Origin: Cenococcum geophilum
Lineage: Eukaryota
Reading direction: 5' to 3'
DNA length: 64,000 bases
NCBI GenBank assembly: GCA_050273025.1
Contig: CP158635.1
Coordinates: forward strand, 17,980,001 to 18,044,000
Shown: positions 35,901 through 49,900 of the stretch, in pieces
How the letters are laid out: the number at the start of each line of letters is the position of its first letter
How positions within the stretch are numbered: position 1 is the stretch's first letter
Notes under the pieces: model-generated
Databases searched by the model: none
What the model was told of the DNA's origin: nothing
The model's input: the letters and a program-made list of their open reading frames with translations, nothing else
Made by a program: the position numbers and the translations under genes

Positions 35901-38900
35901 CGTCTTCTCTATGTGCGCTACGGCTCTTTATGGTTAACGATAGCGAACTAGGAACGCGTAGCTGACTTTAAATTAGTAATTCTATAATATACTGCTAGAG
36001 AATATAAATAGGGAAGTTATATTATAGAAGTAAAGTCGCCTTATGCGAAGCAATAGGTATACTTTAATTTATATAAGATTATAAGTATATAAGATATATA
36101 AAATAAAAGCAGGGACTGCAAAGCTATTTATACTCAGTTAATGTCGGTACCTAGCTATACCGCTCTCTTACAGCCTCCTTAAACAAATTAAGGAGCCCTA
36201 CTACGTAATTTATAGTATAGACGCCTAATAATGCGAGGGAGGGGGGGATTATATCTACCGCGGCGTCATCCTCCTCCAGTTAAGCTAAACCTAACCTTTC
36301 CCCGCTAAGACCCTTTGCTAAGGATATCAGCCTTTTTAAGAGGGTTACATCTAGCGATAATAACCTGTATTACCTATCTAAGTATTCTAACGGAAGCCGG
36401 TTAAGGGCTACTTTATACACCAATACCTATTTACACCTAAGACTGTCTATATACTATAGTGTAACCTAAATATCCGTCTGCGCCAAAGTTAGCTACCTAT
36501 ATTAGCACAAGGGCTAATAAAATTTATAGCTGCGGATTTAGGTTATATACGCTTCCTAGCTAGCTAGGTATTTACTAAACACTAGTATACTTTAGGGCTC
36601 TCTTTTATATAATCCATATAGCTAAAATTATAGCCACTGTTTAAGGTTGGGATTTAGGATATAGCTAATCCAGGCTAGTTAAAAAGGTTCCTCGCCGTTA
36701 ATAATAAGGATGTATATTAGAAAGGAAGAAGCCCTAAGACTACTTATATAAAATAAGGGCACAGCTTATATAAATTAGACTGCTATTAGGTAATAGTTAT
36801 ACTCTCCTAGTATATAATAGGTGGCTTATATATATTAGATGCTAAGGATTAACGCGGAGAATAAATATTAAGGCACACTTTGGTTAAGCACATACTTTAT
36901 GCTTAGGAGAGCTATATATCGCAAAGCCTCCTTTTTAACTACCTTAAAGGGCTGTTATATTCAGAGCCCAGTTGCTATAACCCTAAAATATCTTAACAAT
37001 TTATATATCCGTAGCGTATTAGGTAATAGAAAAGGAGGGCATTTATATAGTTAAACACGTTCCGAATTTGCCACACTACTTAAGCTGTTGGAGATTATAG
37101 CTACTTACTTATCAATATAGATAGATGCCTATGGATTTAAGTAGGGTAAAGGACGTCTGCACTATAGCATAATGGTATAGTTTTAGCCGTATTAAAGATA
37201 AAATGTATAAAAGTAGAAGGAAAATAGGAGAGAGTAAGGCAAAATAGGAGTAGAACATATTAGAGGTTTTAGTTAGGGGAATCCAGTTGACCCTAAAAAG
37301 TAAGGGTCCAATTTTAGCTTCTATAATAATAAATTTCGGAATTAAATCTAGATTTAAGCGTTTAAGGGTCCACTTACCTATTAATAAGTAGTTCCTTTAT
37401 AGAGATAGCAATTCTTTTCTATTAGCATATAGTTATTTTTAAAATCGGCGTCTCTAGCGCGCTACTTAAGCTACGCTAGGTTAAGTCTAGGCGTTCACCC
37501 TTACTAGACTTAGATAAGCGTTAGCTAACTATATTTAAATATATTATCTACCAAACGTCTCTATAAAGGCCACTGTGTATTACGGTATTATATATAAAAG
37601 TATTATACGCCTTTCGCACTATTATTTAATATAACAGAATATTACCCTCTATACTCTAATCTAATAGTTACCGTTTTAAAGTGCGTTAGGTAACCCTATT
37701 AGACTTTTATAAAAACTAAGATCGCAATATTATAAATCCAATTTACTCTTTAACTGGTAAATCTCTCCCTAAGAATCTAACTACATTAAGAGCTTCCGTT
37801 TTATAGCACTATTTTAAAAATTTAAATACTTATAGTTAATATCAGCAGCGTTAAGGCTAGCGCGTAGTTTAAGGAGGATAGTAAAGGTACTTTAGTGGAG
37901 CCTTATAAGGCTTTACTACTAAGGGAAAGCCTCTAAATTTATAATTAGGGTTAGAGGAGTTTCCAGTCCTTATAAGGAGCACTTTTTAGATAATAGGGGT
38001 GCCGGGAAATAGATTCCCGGGTATTATCTAAGCATAAGGTCTAAATGGTCCAAAAATAGCCTCTTAAGGTAATATTAGCTAAAAATTAACTTAGTCGCTA
38101 TATCTATTATATATAACTAACTTAGTCTTAAAAGCTGCTAAAAATAGTTTACGTCTTTATATATAGCTGCCCTTCTTTTATACAAATAAGTTATAAAATA
38201 TTGCGCTAAATCCCGTAGCTTTTAGCAGCTACCTCTTTAGAAAAGTTTCCGGTATAGCTCTAGCCCTCGCCAGTTTTGCCCAGTATATAAAAAGGCCCGC
38301 TTTTACACCCCCTCCTTTACATGCCCTAATCCAGTCTCTTTACCTAAGCCACCTACAACATATACGTTAGCGTATCACTATAATCTTCTTTATTAAGTTT
38401 ATTTAGAAGCATTCTTCTTATCTATAAATTATAGGCAGTGTTCTATATTAATTTTCGCCCTATAATAAGCTGCCTAGTGCTAGTGTCTTGGCCGTCCAAC
38501 TATACCTACAGCTGGCCTCTTAATCTGCTTTTATTGCCTCCCAAGCGTTAATAAGTTTGTTCCTTTAGGCTTAGCTAGTATATACTAGTAAATATTGGTA
38601 ATTAAAATCCGGCTTTCTAATCCTATAAATTAGAAGGATAAAAGTACCTAGCCGATATAAAGTCTAATAGGGTCTAGGTAGGGACCTATAGACAAACTCT
38701 AGTCATTTTACGTCAGCTTAGGCTAAATCAATAGGTTATAAAGGCAGAGATAGGCTTAATCGGCGTGGCCGGCTATAAAAAGTTAAGAGGATAATTATAG
38801 ATTAAGGAGGCCTACTTGACTTATTACGACGCTAATTTAAGACAAAGTATATTGCGAATTTATACTAAAATTAGGTCTTATAGCCTATGGCTAAATAGCA

Positions 38901-40649
38901 TAGAATAGCTTCTATTATCCAGGAGTCGTTATAGAATAGCCGTTCCCTAGCACGGCTCTACTAAGCTATACGCCTATTAGCTTAGGGATTATAGCACCCT
39001 CTATAGGTAATATTATCAAGCTAGCGGCTAAAGTCTTAGGTATTAAGATAGGGCTAGAGGGCTGCCTAGCAAAGTTACACTGGCAAATTTCTAGGTTTAG
39101 CTGGCGTTTAAAAGGGGCGAATCTGCTAGGGTTAGATTAAGGGATTGGCCAAGCCTCCTCAACCATAGTATACTATTATTAGGTAATTAGGCGCCTTAAT
39201 ATATTATATCTCAGCTATACAGAACTACCGTATTATAGATATTGGTCAATTTCTACGGGCTGACTATAACCCTATAGCGATATTAGGAGGCAGCCAAACT
39301 TATAAAGTAGTAGACTTCGATTTAACCTTCCTAATAAGAAACAGCGTCTACTAGGCCGTCTCCAAATCTACTTAGGCATTACTACGCGTCTATACGGTAA
39401 TAAAGCCGAGTTTAAGCTAGGATAAGGAAGTAATCTACAAATAACCGTAGCTAACTATAGTTAGCAAAGCAGCAGCTATTACAAACTTAGAAGAAAGGAG
39501 GCGTTAGACTAACTTTTAAGGTAGCTAGGGACTAGGAGCCACTAGGTAATAATTAATCCGCGTAATCCTATGCGTCTACGCTCAGGCATTATACCCACAC
39601 CAGTCTTGGCGCGGCCCCTAACTATAGAAATCTCCGCTAGGAGCTAATTTATGCGAGGAGGAGAAGCTTTTATTAATGTAGGAATACAAAACTTTATAAC
39701 GTCTAGCGTAGGCCGCGGGCAATACGTAATTTGCTAGTTGGCTTAGAATATAGAAGTAGGAATAGCCTTAGGAGGGTTACATTAGCTTAAATACCTTATA
39801 TTCCCTACGCCCCCCTAACGTAACAAGGTTACGGATTAGTAATAGGTTAGTTAGTTAGTCTATCTAAGTAGCTTATAAGAAGCTACAGCACCTATAAACT
39901 TGTCGGCATTTTAGCTAGGCAGCATAGCTAAGATACGGCCGACTTAGCAAGCTACGGTCTAGTTATAATAGCATTATAAATAGGTTGGGTAAAGGGAGTA
40001 ATTGGAAGACAAGGCGAGCGTTAGGCTTTAATATAGAATAGCTTCCTCCTCTATTATATATCTTAGTGGCGGTAAAAAGGTATATAAGGGGCGACGCGGG
40101 CTTCTTAAGAATGTAACAAGGGGGTAATATAAAAGAGCATGCCGGTAGTAATAAAGGACTAGCTTAGCTCTCCGCGCAGTATTAAGCTTATAAAACAGTT
40201 AATTCTAAATCTTCTTTAAGAGTAAAGCTAAGGTATCTGCCTCTAGCCAGGCTCTAATAGCTTTAAAACTCTATATAGACAACTCTAGCTATAGTTAAAG
40301 AGTGCCAAAAACAGGTATAAAGCAGTATTTAATTTTATTTCTAGTTCTATAAGAAGATTATTTTAACAAAGCCAGCTTTCTTAAGTAGCTCTTAATATCT
40401 TAGTTCCCCTCGCGCTTACTCTAACATCTATAATATCCGTCCCTCTATAGGCTAAGAAAGCGTAACTTATCCTTTCTCCCTTCCGCCCTATTTATTCCTT
40501 TTATCTTACTTAATCTAATCGAACTATTTATATTAGAGAGTTTATAATAATACCGTTTTAATAGCTCAATGGTTAGGTTAATGGAAGGCTAAGATCCTCT
40601 AAGACTCCAGCGTTATTACTAATATATAGCTTCCCTTATTACTAATGGG

Positions 40650-40860
40650 AACCCTAGTATAACAAAAACCCCCCTATTCCGGAAAAAGTTAAAGGTACTT
40701 TAACTTTTAAATAACTTAGAGCCTACACAGACGTTAATATTTTATAAGTGCTATAATTAGTATACTCTATAGTAAATCCTTAATATTTAATAAATTTTTC
40801 ACCTAAAATTACAGAAGTATAGTCGTCTTTTTACTTAATTGGCGCGCTATATACCTTAAT
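40650..40860 (+). repeat. Diverged relic of an X-family end
   Basis: AAACCCCCC...GGTACTTTAACTTT...ACGTTAATATTT...AAAATTAC...GTCG is collinear with 5640-5810. Confidence 0.6.
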
Positions 40861-42904
40861 GCCGCAACCAAACTTCTTTAAGTTAACGTTGGCCCCCTTA
40901 TCTTATCGCTATTCTAAACAAAAAACTAAGTAATTTATAGTATATAATGCTCCATATAATACTTCTAAGCTATTATTAAATAATATATGTAGTGTAGGAG
41001 GCAATCCGCCACAGAGGTTAGTACTTACTTAACGCTACTTTAACCACTTACGGTAATACGCAACTACGTACGTTAATATAACTATATTAATACGTAAATA
41101 TTTTAACTATAAGTTAACTTAGTTAGATTATTTTTCATATATAGCCTAATTTCTAACTATTAGCAGTCTAACCTCTCCTAGGGTAAATAGAAAATGCCCT
41201 ATATATAGAAAAGAAGCATCGGCTAATTAAATCCCTGCCCTATTCGGAAAACCTATTATAAGTCCTACATATACACCTTCTATAAACTTCTATACACGAT
41301 TATTAGGCGGCTTTCCCTCTAAACAGAACTCTTAGAATGCTAGTCACTAAGGGTTAAGTATTAACGAAGCCTAATGCGATAATTATTCTAGACAGAACTT
41401 CCATTTTATAGCCCTAAAATTCAAAGAGCTTCCAATATCCATAATATAGTAGGGGAGTATAGCTCTAGCACCTCTCCCTACTATAAAAGAACTGACTGAG
41501 AAGATAGCCAAGTTATATATATTTTTGCCCTTATAAGTAAGAATCACTTAAAGCAGAGACTTAAAAATATATTAATATTAACTATAGGTTTATAAAGGAA
41601 CGGAGTAGAATATAAGATATTAATAAATCCAAGTATTAAAGGCACGGTGGGTTTTCCGTAATACTAGGGGGGAGGTTAAGTACTTAACGCTTAACCGGAT
41701 TAGTTTTATAGGTAAGAAGCCTAGTTAAGAAGCGACGTAAAACTTCTAGCAACTGCACACAAAGGGGGAAGCCGGTTTCGCTAGTAACTATAGCTATTTC
41801 TTACTTAAAGCCAGTAACTAATCCTAGATTCCTAAGAACTATAATAAATTTAAAGTTGTGAAACTATCAGCTAGTATATTAGCTTATGCATTAGGATTTA
41901 TTATTTATATATTACTGCTGTCTTACTACTATCTTACTACTATCTTAAGATTTATTAGAGGTATTTTTAATATACATAAAAACATATATCTATTACTTAT
42001 TTTCTTTTCCTTAGATTAGACTTTAATGTATTTTATTTTTAAATTAACTAGTTAACAGGAACCATTACTAGAGCTAATTCTAGAACCATTTCTGTTACAA
42101 ATAAATAGTAGGGCTTAGCCTATAATAAGGATACAGTAGTGCTATAGCCTGTATTTCCTAATAAGGGAGAGTTTAGGGTAAATGAAATACAATAATAACA
42201 ACAATAATAACAATAACAATAACAACGACTATAGTGCCGTGTCCTTAAAGCTTATGCTGCGTTTATTAGAGAGCTTAATATAATAAACATACGTTAGGGA
42301 GAGAAACATTAGCAAGGTTAAATCCGAGATAGATATTAGGAGGATGCTTTTTAGTCCTAAAAATATCCCTTTAGCACTCCTAAAAGCTTTAGTGCCTTTT
42401 CTAGCCCTTTTTCTATAGCCTAACATTGGCTTAAGAACGGGTTAACAATTGGCCTCTAAATCCGTCGGTGCCTTTTCCCAACCCCTTTCTTAGCTACAGT
42501 TAACATTAGCAGAAGTCTACTATTAACTCCTATAGGTGCCAATTCCGGCATTATAGGGCAGTCCATACTCTATAAGTATAAAAAGGTATTATAAAGATAT
42601 GTTTTTAGATATTATTAAACCTCTAGATTTCTAATACTACTCCTTATACTATAAAACTTAAGGAACCTAAAAAACCTAGGTGTTAATACTATAAGTATAA
42701 AGGCAAGCTAGCCTTTAAAGACTGGACTTTACTTAGAGAACATATTTAGAGTAAGTACTTAGTTGTCGATATTATTTGTACGGGATGCCATAGTGGTTTT
42801 AATTTGCCTATATTGTATTATTTACACCAATGCAAAGAAACGTATGGGAAAAAAAGAGCGGCGTAATAAAGAGTTCTTTATGCAATTTTCACTAGCGTAG
42901 TACT

Positions 42905-43398
42905 TAGGGTGGCTAATCAATTAACGAGTTTCAGCCGTTAATTAAGTTAAGTTAAGACTTGGTAACTAACTCAATTAACCAAGAGCTTGCAGTTATTAGT
43001 AATCAATTAACTTAAAAGGCCTTATTAAGTTAAGTTGATTAAAATATAGTTTAACACCTTAGCACCCTACTAACTTAGGGTTCTAGGGTTCTATAGCCTA
43101 TTTCTAAGGTGCTTTTTTAGAGGAGTCTTTATATATAATAAGATTTGTAAACATTAAGACCTTCTAAGCTTGTAAAGCTTAGTAGACGGCTTTATTAGCA
43201 TGTATCACCAGTTTTAGCGCGGTGTTTTATAACCTCTTACGTATATACACCCTATACATAACTAGTTAATATTGGTTTTCACCAACTCAATCAACTTTAA
43301 CTCAACTTAATTAACTAAAACCTTCGCTAACTAAGCCTTCAACTCAATTAACCGGAGCCCTTAAGTTAATTAAGTTAATTGATTAACTAGCCACCTTA
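42905..43398. mobile_element. 494-bp hAT-type MITE with 8-bp TSD
   Basis: Ends TAGGGTGGCT / AGCCACCTTA. Flanks GTAGTACT (42897-42904) and GTAGCACT (43399-43406) differ by one C>T. Subterminal CAATTAAC repeats. Confidence 0.85.
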
Positions 43399-43939
43399 GT
43401 AGCACTACTACGCAGGACAAAGGGGAGCTATTAAGCTTTTGCTTTAAGTCTTACATTATTCGTACTTGCAAATATATCTCTTCTATTAGTGTAGTAAAGA
43501 ATAGTCTTGCCCTAAAAACTTGCTAGTAGTAGTATCTAGGCGCCTTATCTAGGAAGTACTTTAGGGATCCTGTTTTAGATTTTTGACCATATTGATAAAG
43601 GCTAAGTTAGTATCTATATATAACTGACTAACCACCTATCGCTAGTACAGAACTGTTTTATTAATTTTTTTCTGTTTATTATTTAGAAAAGATATGTCTG
43701 GATCTAAACAGCTTACTAAAAGCCATAAATATAGAACCGAACCTCTGCAGTATGGCGATTATAACAAAAACAATAAGCTAAAGGAAGAATCATTATCACT
43801 AAATCGCATATTTAAAGCAAAGCGGCAGTTATAAAAAAGAAATTAGACGGGAATTTAGGTAATAATATTAATAATATTGCTAGGTATATACTAACAACGT
43901 GTTATTAGCTAATTCCTCTCTTCACTCCAATTATAGTAG

Positions 43940-46900
43940 TGTGGTGGTGTAGATTGGACGACGCCTAGTATCTTGGCATTTTCCTATATTTATACAGCCT
44001 TCGGCTTCCTTCCTTCCTTCCCTCTATCATATATATACCGCGACTCTACCAGTTACCAGAAATACACTCTTTTCTTTCTTTCTTACTAACTGATTATGAC
44101 TGACTGACTGACCGACCGACCGACCGACCGACCGACAGACAGACAGACAGACAGACTAACAGCACCGTGACTTTCCTATCTTAGAGAGGTCGTACCCTCC
44201 CACATATTTTATGGCATTCCACGTGGGGACGACGGCAAGCTCTTTAGATTAGAAGTCTAGTGCTACATACACAGGAGACACGCAGAAACATACTACGACT
44301 ACAGAAGATCCGCTAGCTGTAAAAGAACGACTAGCTATAAAAGAGCTGCCACCGGACGGACGAGGCAGAAGAGAACCAGGCAGTATCGGACAGTAAGGGG
44401 AATCAGGCAGTCCCGGAAAAAGACAGGACAGCCAGACTCAACACATAGGCCAAAGAGTGGCAATAAGAGGCAAAAGAGCATGGGTCAGATGGTCTTAAAA
44501 AGTTACGTATAAGGACGTTAAGCGAACTGGCGAGCCAATTAGACAACTTCAACCGGCGGTTAGAGTTACCAAGATCTACTACCGAGCATGGCCAGACCTT
44601 TATTAAAGATGCAAAGACGACAAGCTAAGGGCTAATTAATTAGATGGAAACGAGGTCTAAGACATCTGGCGGTAAAGGAGGTCGGTACTGCCCTTTGGGA
44701 ACAAAGGAGATAATACCGAGCAAGGTCGCAAGCACACGAGATCGGATCTGTTCTTGAAAGCTTCCTATTCTAGCTTAGCTTTATCCTCTTTCGAGTCATG
44801 CGGATTATGTTAGCAGCAGCTCTAGAGGCGTTCCGCGAAGAGGTAGATGTGAGCAGAAGCGTAAGGCTCAGTAGCACCCTACCGCGCGGAGCAACGGCAG
44901 GCCAAAACAGATGGACGTACCGAGACCCGGTGGCAGTAGATGATGAAGATTCCGTGCTCTCCCAGGAAGACCCCCCCTCAGGCGTCAAGAAGCTCTTCGT
45001 TAGGGACATAGCTATATAAGTAGACCAGCTAAAGCATGCACCTGTCAAAGTACCACTAGGACAGCTATCTGGGACACCCTCTGTCAAGACCGCGGCCATG
45101 CAAGCAGACCTACCGCAGCGCTCACCCGTGACCCCTAGGACCGGTGACTCTCAGCAGACGAAGGATATAAACCGTAAGGACCACTTGCAAGCTCCCAAGG
45201 AAGCTCTAGATGCACGCAACCAGCAGTCAACGGCTCAAGACAAGATCTACGTCATAGCCCAGCCTATGCCAGCCCCAGGAACTGTTGGGACTCCTTACTT
45301 TGCAGGGCAGAACGTGTCGCAGTTTATCGAACAGTACGAACGGCTGTGCACCCGACATCACGCGACAGGTAAGGAGAAGCACCAGGGCCTTCCGGAGTAC
45401 TGCAATTACTGGATAGGGATGTGGATCCGAAGCTTGCCTAAATTTACAGCTGGTAACTAGACGGAGCTTGTAAGAAAGCTTAGGGCTGAATATCAAGCGG
45501 ACGACTACTACCGACGCATGGAGACAAGAGACTTTGTGGAAGCTTTCGTTCGAAAGTCAGCGGAGCAGCCAGGAGATCTGCGTCACTATATGCAAGATTT
45601 CACTAGTATCTCAGCTAAAGCAATAGCCGCAGGAAACCTTACTGAGCAAGAGAAGGGGTGGTGGTTTATGCGAGGACTCCCCATTAAATACCGCAGGCAC
45701 GCAATGGAGAAGACAGGGGCCGTAGCAGACGAGTCCAGTACCCTTGTGTTTGAAGAACTAAAGGAGGCCGTAGAGTCGAGAATAATGGCTATAGAGGGTG
45801 CGGAGCGAATGGATATACTTTCAGAAGATGTCCAGAATGTCCAGCTTATACAAGAGCTACGGCAGCAAAGGAATGAGCTTGACTACCGAGGGTTACCTAC
45901 CACGTATCAGGCTACAGTTCAAAGCCCAGCACAAGGATACGAAGACTGGCGGAACAGCACCCGAGCTCCCTTTATTCCGCAAAGCTATCGACCTCAGCGA
46001 GATTCCCAATATCCGCAAGACTCCCAATATCCGCAAGATTCTACTGCCTTTGGACGGCCGCAGTGGGACGCGTGGGGTCAGCAAGGCACGCGAAGACAAG
46101 GCCAACAGACCTGCTCTGGATGCGGAGGAAGTCACCGTTTCACCAAGCACGAGTGTTAAGGCTTAAAGGATCTTATTCAGCAAGGACTTGTACATCTGTC
46201 TAACCAAGAAAGACTAGTAGCTGGGACGCACGAATAACCTGGACCTGAACTTCCGTGGCTCGGCAATAAAGGACGATTAAAGGGTATTAAGAACTGGCTC
46301 CGTACGTACCGAGGAACAGACCTAGGTAGGCCAAAGGAAAAACAGACATAGCAACGGGCCCCTATAGTACAAACGGATTTTACTGCTTTCCATAACGGAG
46401 TAGTGCTAAAGAACAGTGACAAAATACGTCCGAACTGGGAGGACTACTATCAAGTATGGCCCACAGACTCAGTAGTAACGCCCAGCCAGCAACGTCCGCA
46501 GGCTCGCCCGACCCTTAGAGACAGCCGAACAACCAGGACAACCGTTGAGCCGCAAGCTCCGCAGCAGGTGGCGCAGGCTCCGCCGTAGGAGAAGAATGTA
46601 CGACCAGGAGATTACGTCCAGATTAGGTTACGGCCTACGGATAAGACAGCTGAAACGAGGAAGGAGAATGAATCGTTCGACCCTTGGAGACGATCTTGGA
46701 GACGGACGCTTAACCAGCAGGCTCCGCAGCAGGCTCCGCAGCAGGTATAGGATGTTTGACTAAGGGACAGTCAAGTTCTAAGGTGGGGGAGGGGACGTAG
46801 GTGACGGCCGTAAAAAGATTTTTATTTGTCTGCTTAATTACTGTATTTCCTAAAGCTCCTTTCTTATTTACTTTCTTAGTCAAGACGCGTCAGTCGCGAC

Positions 46901-49900
46901 GACCTGCTGCAAAGATGTCAGCTCAGCTCACCGCCTGTCACCGAGCCAATAGCGATTTTCCATGCCCGGCACGGAAAATCCTGATTGGTCCATTCAGCAG
47001 TAAAGCCGGCAAAACTCTACACCGCCCCTAGAAATGCGCCAGCTGCACGATAAGAACGGCACCGAGAGCCTTAATTGATTGCACGGATACAGAGCCGATT
47101 GTACGATGCAGAGCCAGACGCAGAGCCTTGATCGAACGACCGCACGGAAACCTTGATCAGTCAAATGACTGCGCAGAAGCCGCGACTAGTCGAGGGAACG
47201 AATCAAGCCAGAGCCTCGATACCAGCACGTCACGTCACTGAATCAAATCAGTCGAATGTCGTCAAATTAGAGCCTTCGACCGGGCCGACCTTATTCCTTA
47301 ATCGAACGACGACTGATTGCAGCACGACTGCCATTGCCATCCGAATTCAGTACTGCGCCAGCTGCACAACGAGAACGGACACCGCGGCAAGGAAGAGACC
47401 TGTACAAAGGCAGTAGCATGATATTAGAAAACAAGCAGCATACGAAGAGACACTGCTAAAGATGCCTTGCAAGAGATCGTACATAGGGCACAGCTGACCA
47501 CGATAAACCCAAGCCATCCTCATGCGACTGAAGACAGGACCGAGCCGTATCTGGCTAAGCTAGTAAAGGGCCTTGTCAAGGATTACAAGGGGAACAGGAA
47601 TTGGACGTACAGGAACCAGCGCTTTTCCTTGGAGGTTGTCTGACGAAGGGCTGTATTGTGGACATAAGGCCAAGGGATATGCGACGGAGGTAGTCACAAC
47701 AGCCGAGAAGCTGCCACCGGATGGTTTCGAAGGACGACTCAGACGAAGCATAGAGTCAGCAGGACAGCGACAAAGAGACCAGAAGCAGAAGACAATCCTA
47801 AGAGGGTTCTTAAGCCGGAAGAAGATCAAGGATACGCGAGTGTACTGCCAGCAGCGGGAACAAAGAGGCAGCCGCAAAAGCCTAAGGATGCACCGAAGAA
47901 GCTAAGAGCAAGGACGGTTCAGAAAAGGAAGAAAGCAGCTGTCAAGGACGTCCTATAAAAGCGCTAGGCCTGTTATAGTGGTTCAGAGGAAGCTACCGTT
48001 AGTGCTTGTAAAGAAGGAAGTCTTAAGACAGGTCTCTGGATTGGACGTCTAGTGGACACTGAGAGCCCTGATTATACGATGCGAAGCCTTGATCGATTGC
48101 ATGGATGCAGAGCTTTGACAGAACGACTGCACAGCCAGAGTCTTGATCGATTGTCCGCAGATGCAGAGCCTACGGATGCAGAACCCAGGTCGTACGTGCA
48201 GCAGAAGACACCTTGAGTCAAGCCAGAGCCTCAGTCAAATCCTGATCAGTCGAACGCCGCCTGTACAAGTCAAGTCGTTAGATTAGAGCCTTCAGTCGGG
48301 CCGACCTAATACCCTATTTGAACGTCAGTTAATCGTACGGTCACAGTCAAATCGAATCAGTCACCCGTCGCTGTTAGACGTCTTCAATCAGCAGTCAAAG
48401 CAGACAGACAGGCACTAGGCCTAACCAGGAAATCAGTATACGGCCGACAGCGTCAGAAACACGGCCAATCAGCGTCTTGGAGCCTCTGCGAGGGCCTCTC
48501 CCTTTGACCCCCCTTATCGATCGATTGCCGCTCGTCTCGACGCTCACGGATTGGTTAACGAGAATGATCTTTCCTGCAGACATAGATACGGAGCTTTACA
48601 CGGAGTCTCACACGGAGTCGTATACGGAGTCTACGGATATGGAGCATACAGGTGCAGAGCCTTGATTGGACAACAGTACGGCAGCTTGACTGGACGCCTA
48701 TATATGCGAAGCCTTGATCGAACGGCAGATGCGGAGCCTTGACCGAACGGACGTCTACACAGAAGCTTTGACCAACTGTCTACGGATGCAAAGCCCCAGT
48801 CGTACGTGCAGCAGAAGACACCTTGAGTTAAGCCAGGGCCTCATCAAATCTCGATCAGTTGAACGCCGTCTCCGCATTCAAATTAGGACAATCAGAGCCT
48901 TCGGCCGGGCCGACTTTCTACCTTAATCGAACGACCAAACGATCAGTTGCAGCACGTCGTCGCCGACCGATTAGATAGTCTTCGGCCAGCAGTCAAGGCA
49001 GCCATATACGCATACACGCAGACACGGACGCAGACACGGACGCAGAATATGCAATACAGAGCTGCTGATGCACAGCCAGATGCAAGCCTTGTACGATATA
49101 AAGCCACGGATGCAGTGCTAGATGCGGACGTAGAGCTCGACGAATGTAGGACCCGATGCAGAGCCACGGACAGAGCCTTGATGTAGAGCCTGATGCCAAA
49201 GCCTCTGCTATCTTGATCGACTGCCCTGCCGCCACCGCTGCTGCTGTCACTATTCCGCTCAGCTATTTCGTCCTTACTATCTCGACCGACTACTCTATCT
49301 CTACTATTCTAGATCTATACCACCGCTAGATCTATTTTACTACTAGATCTACTAGATCTACTATGTCGTCCAGCTATTCCGACTATTCTACTGTTGCTCT
49401 ACCGACCGCCGTACCCTACCGTTTTGATTGCCCCGCCGCCGCTATTCCGAATAGCCGCCTCCGACCAACTGCTACCGACCACTACCATTAGCCGTTCTGT
49501 TACTGCTGCTACTGCTACTGCTACTGCTACTATTCTAACTATTCTGATTGTTCTACCGCTACCGTCCTAACCGACTGCTACTAACCAACTGCTACCGACC
49601 GACTGCCATCGACTGTCTGCCGCTACCGAGATTTCTACTACTAAAAGTTCTGCCTTACTAACTGTTACCGAGTTCTTCCACCGAGTATTCTACCACCGAC
49701 TGTTCTATTTTATTTTACCGCACTGACTGTCTGCTCTTATTACTGTTTATGCCACTATTACTGTTACTGCCGTTACTACTGCTACTACTACCGTTATTAT
49801 TTTTGGTTTACTGCTGTCCTAGTTACTGCTAGTAGGAAAATCGGATCTTAGCTATGGGTAACGGAAAGACACCGTAGAACAGTTCTATAGGAAGGCTGAG

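Noticed and set aside
42190..42227. AAT/AAC microsatellite
   Set aside because: Simple repeat with no further significance.
46801..49250. Numerous 60-110 aa ORFs inside the LTR element
   Set aside because: Overlapping frames in repetitive sequence with no pol or env motifs.
49250..49830. CTA/CTG/CCG-rich tract as a possible gene
   Set aside because: Low-complexity sequence with no sustained ORF.
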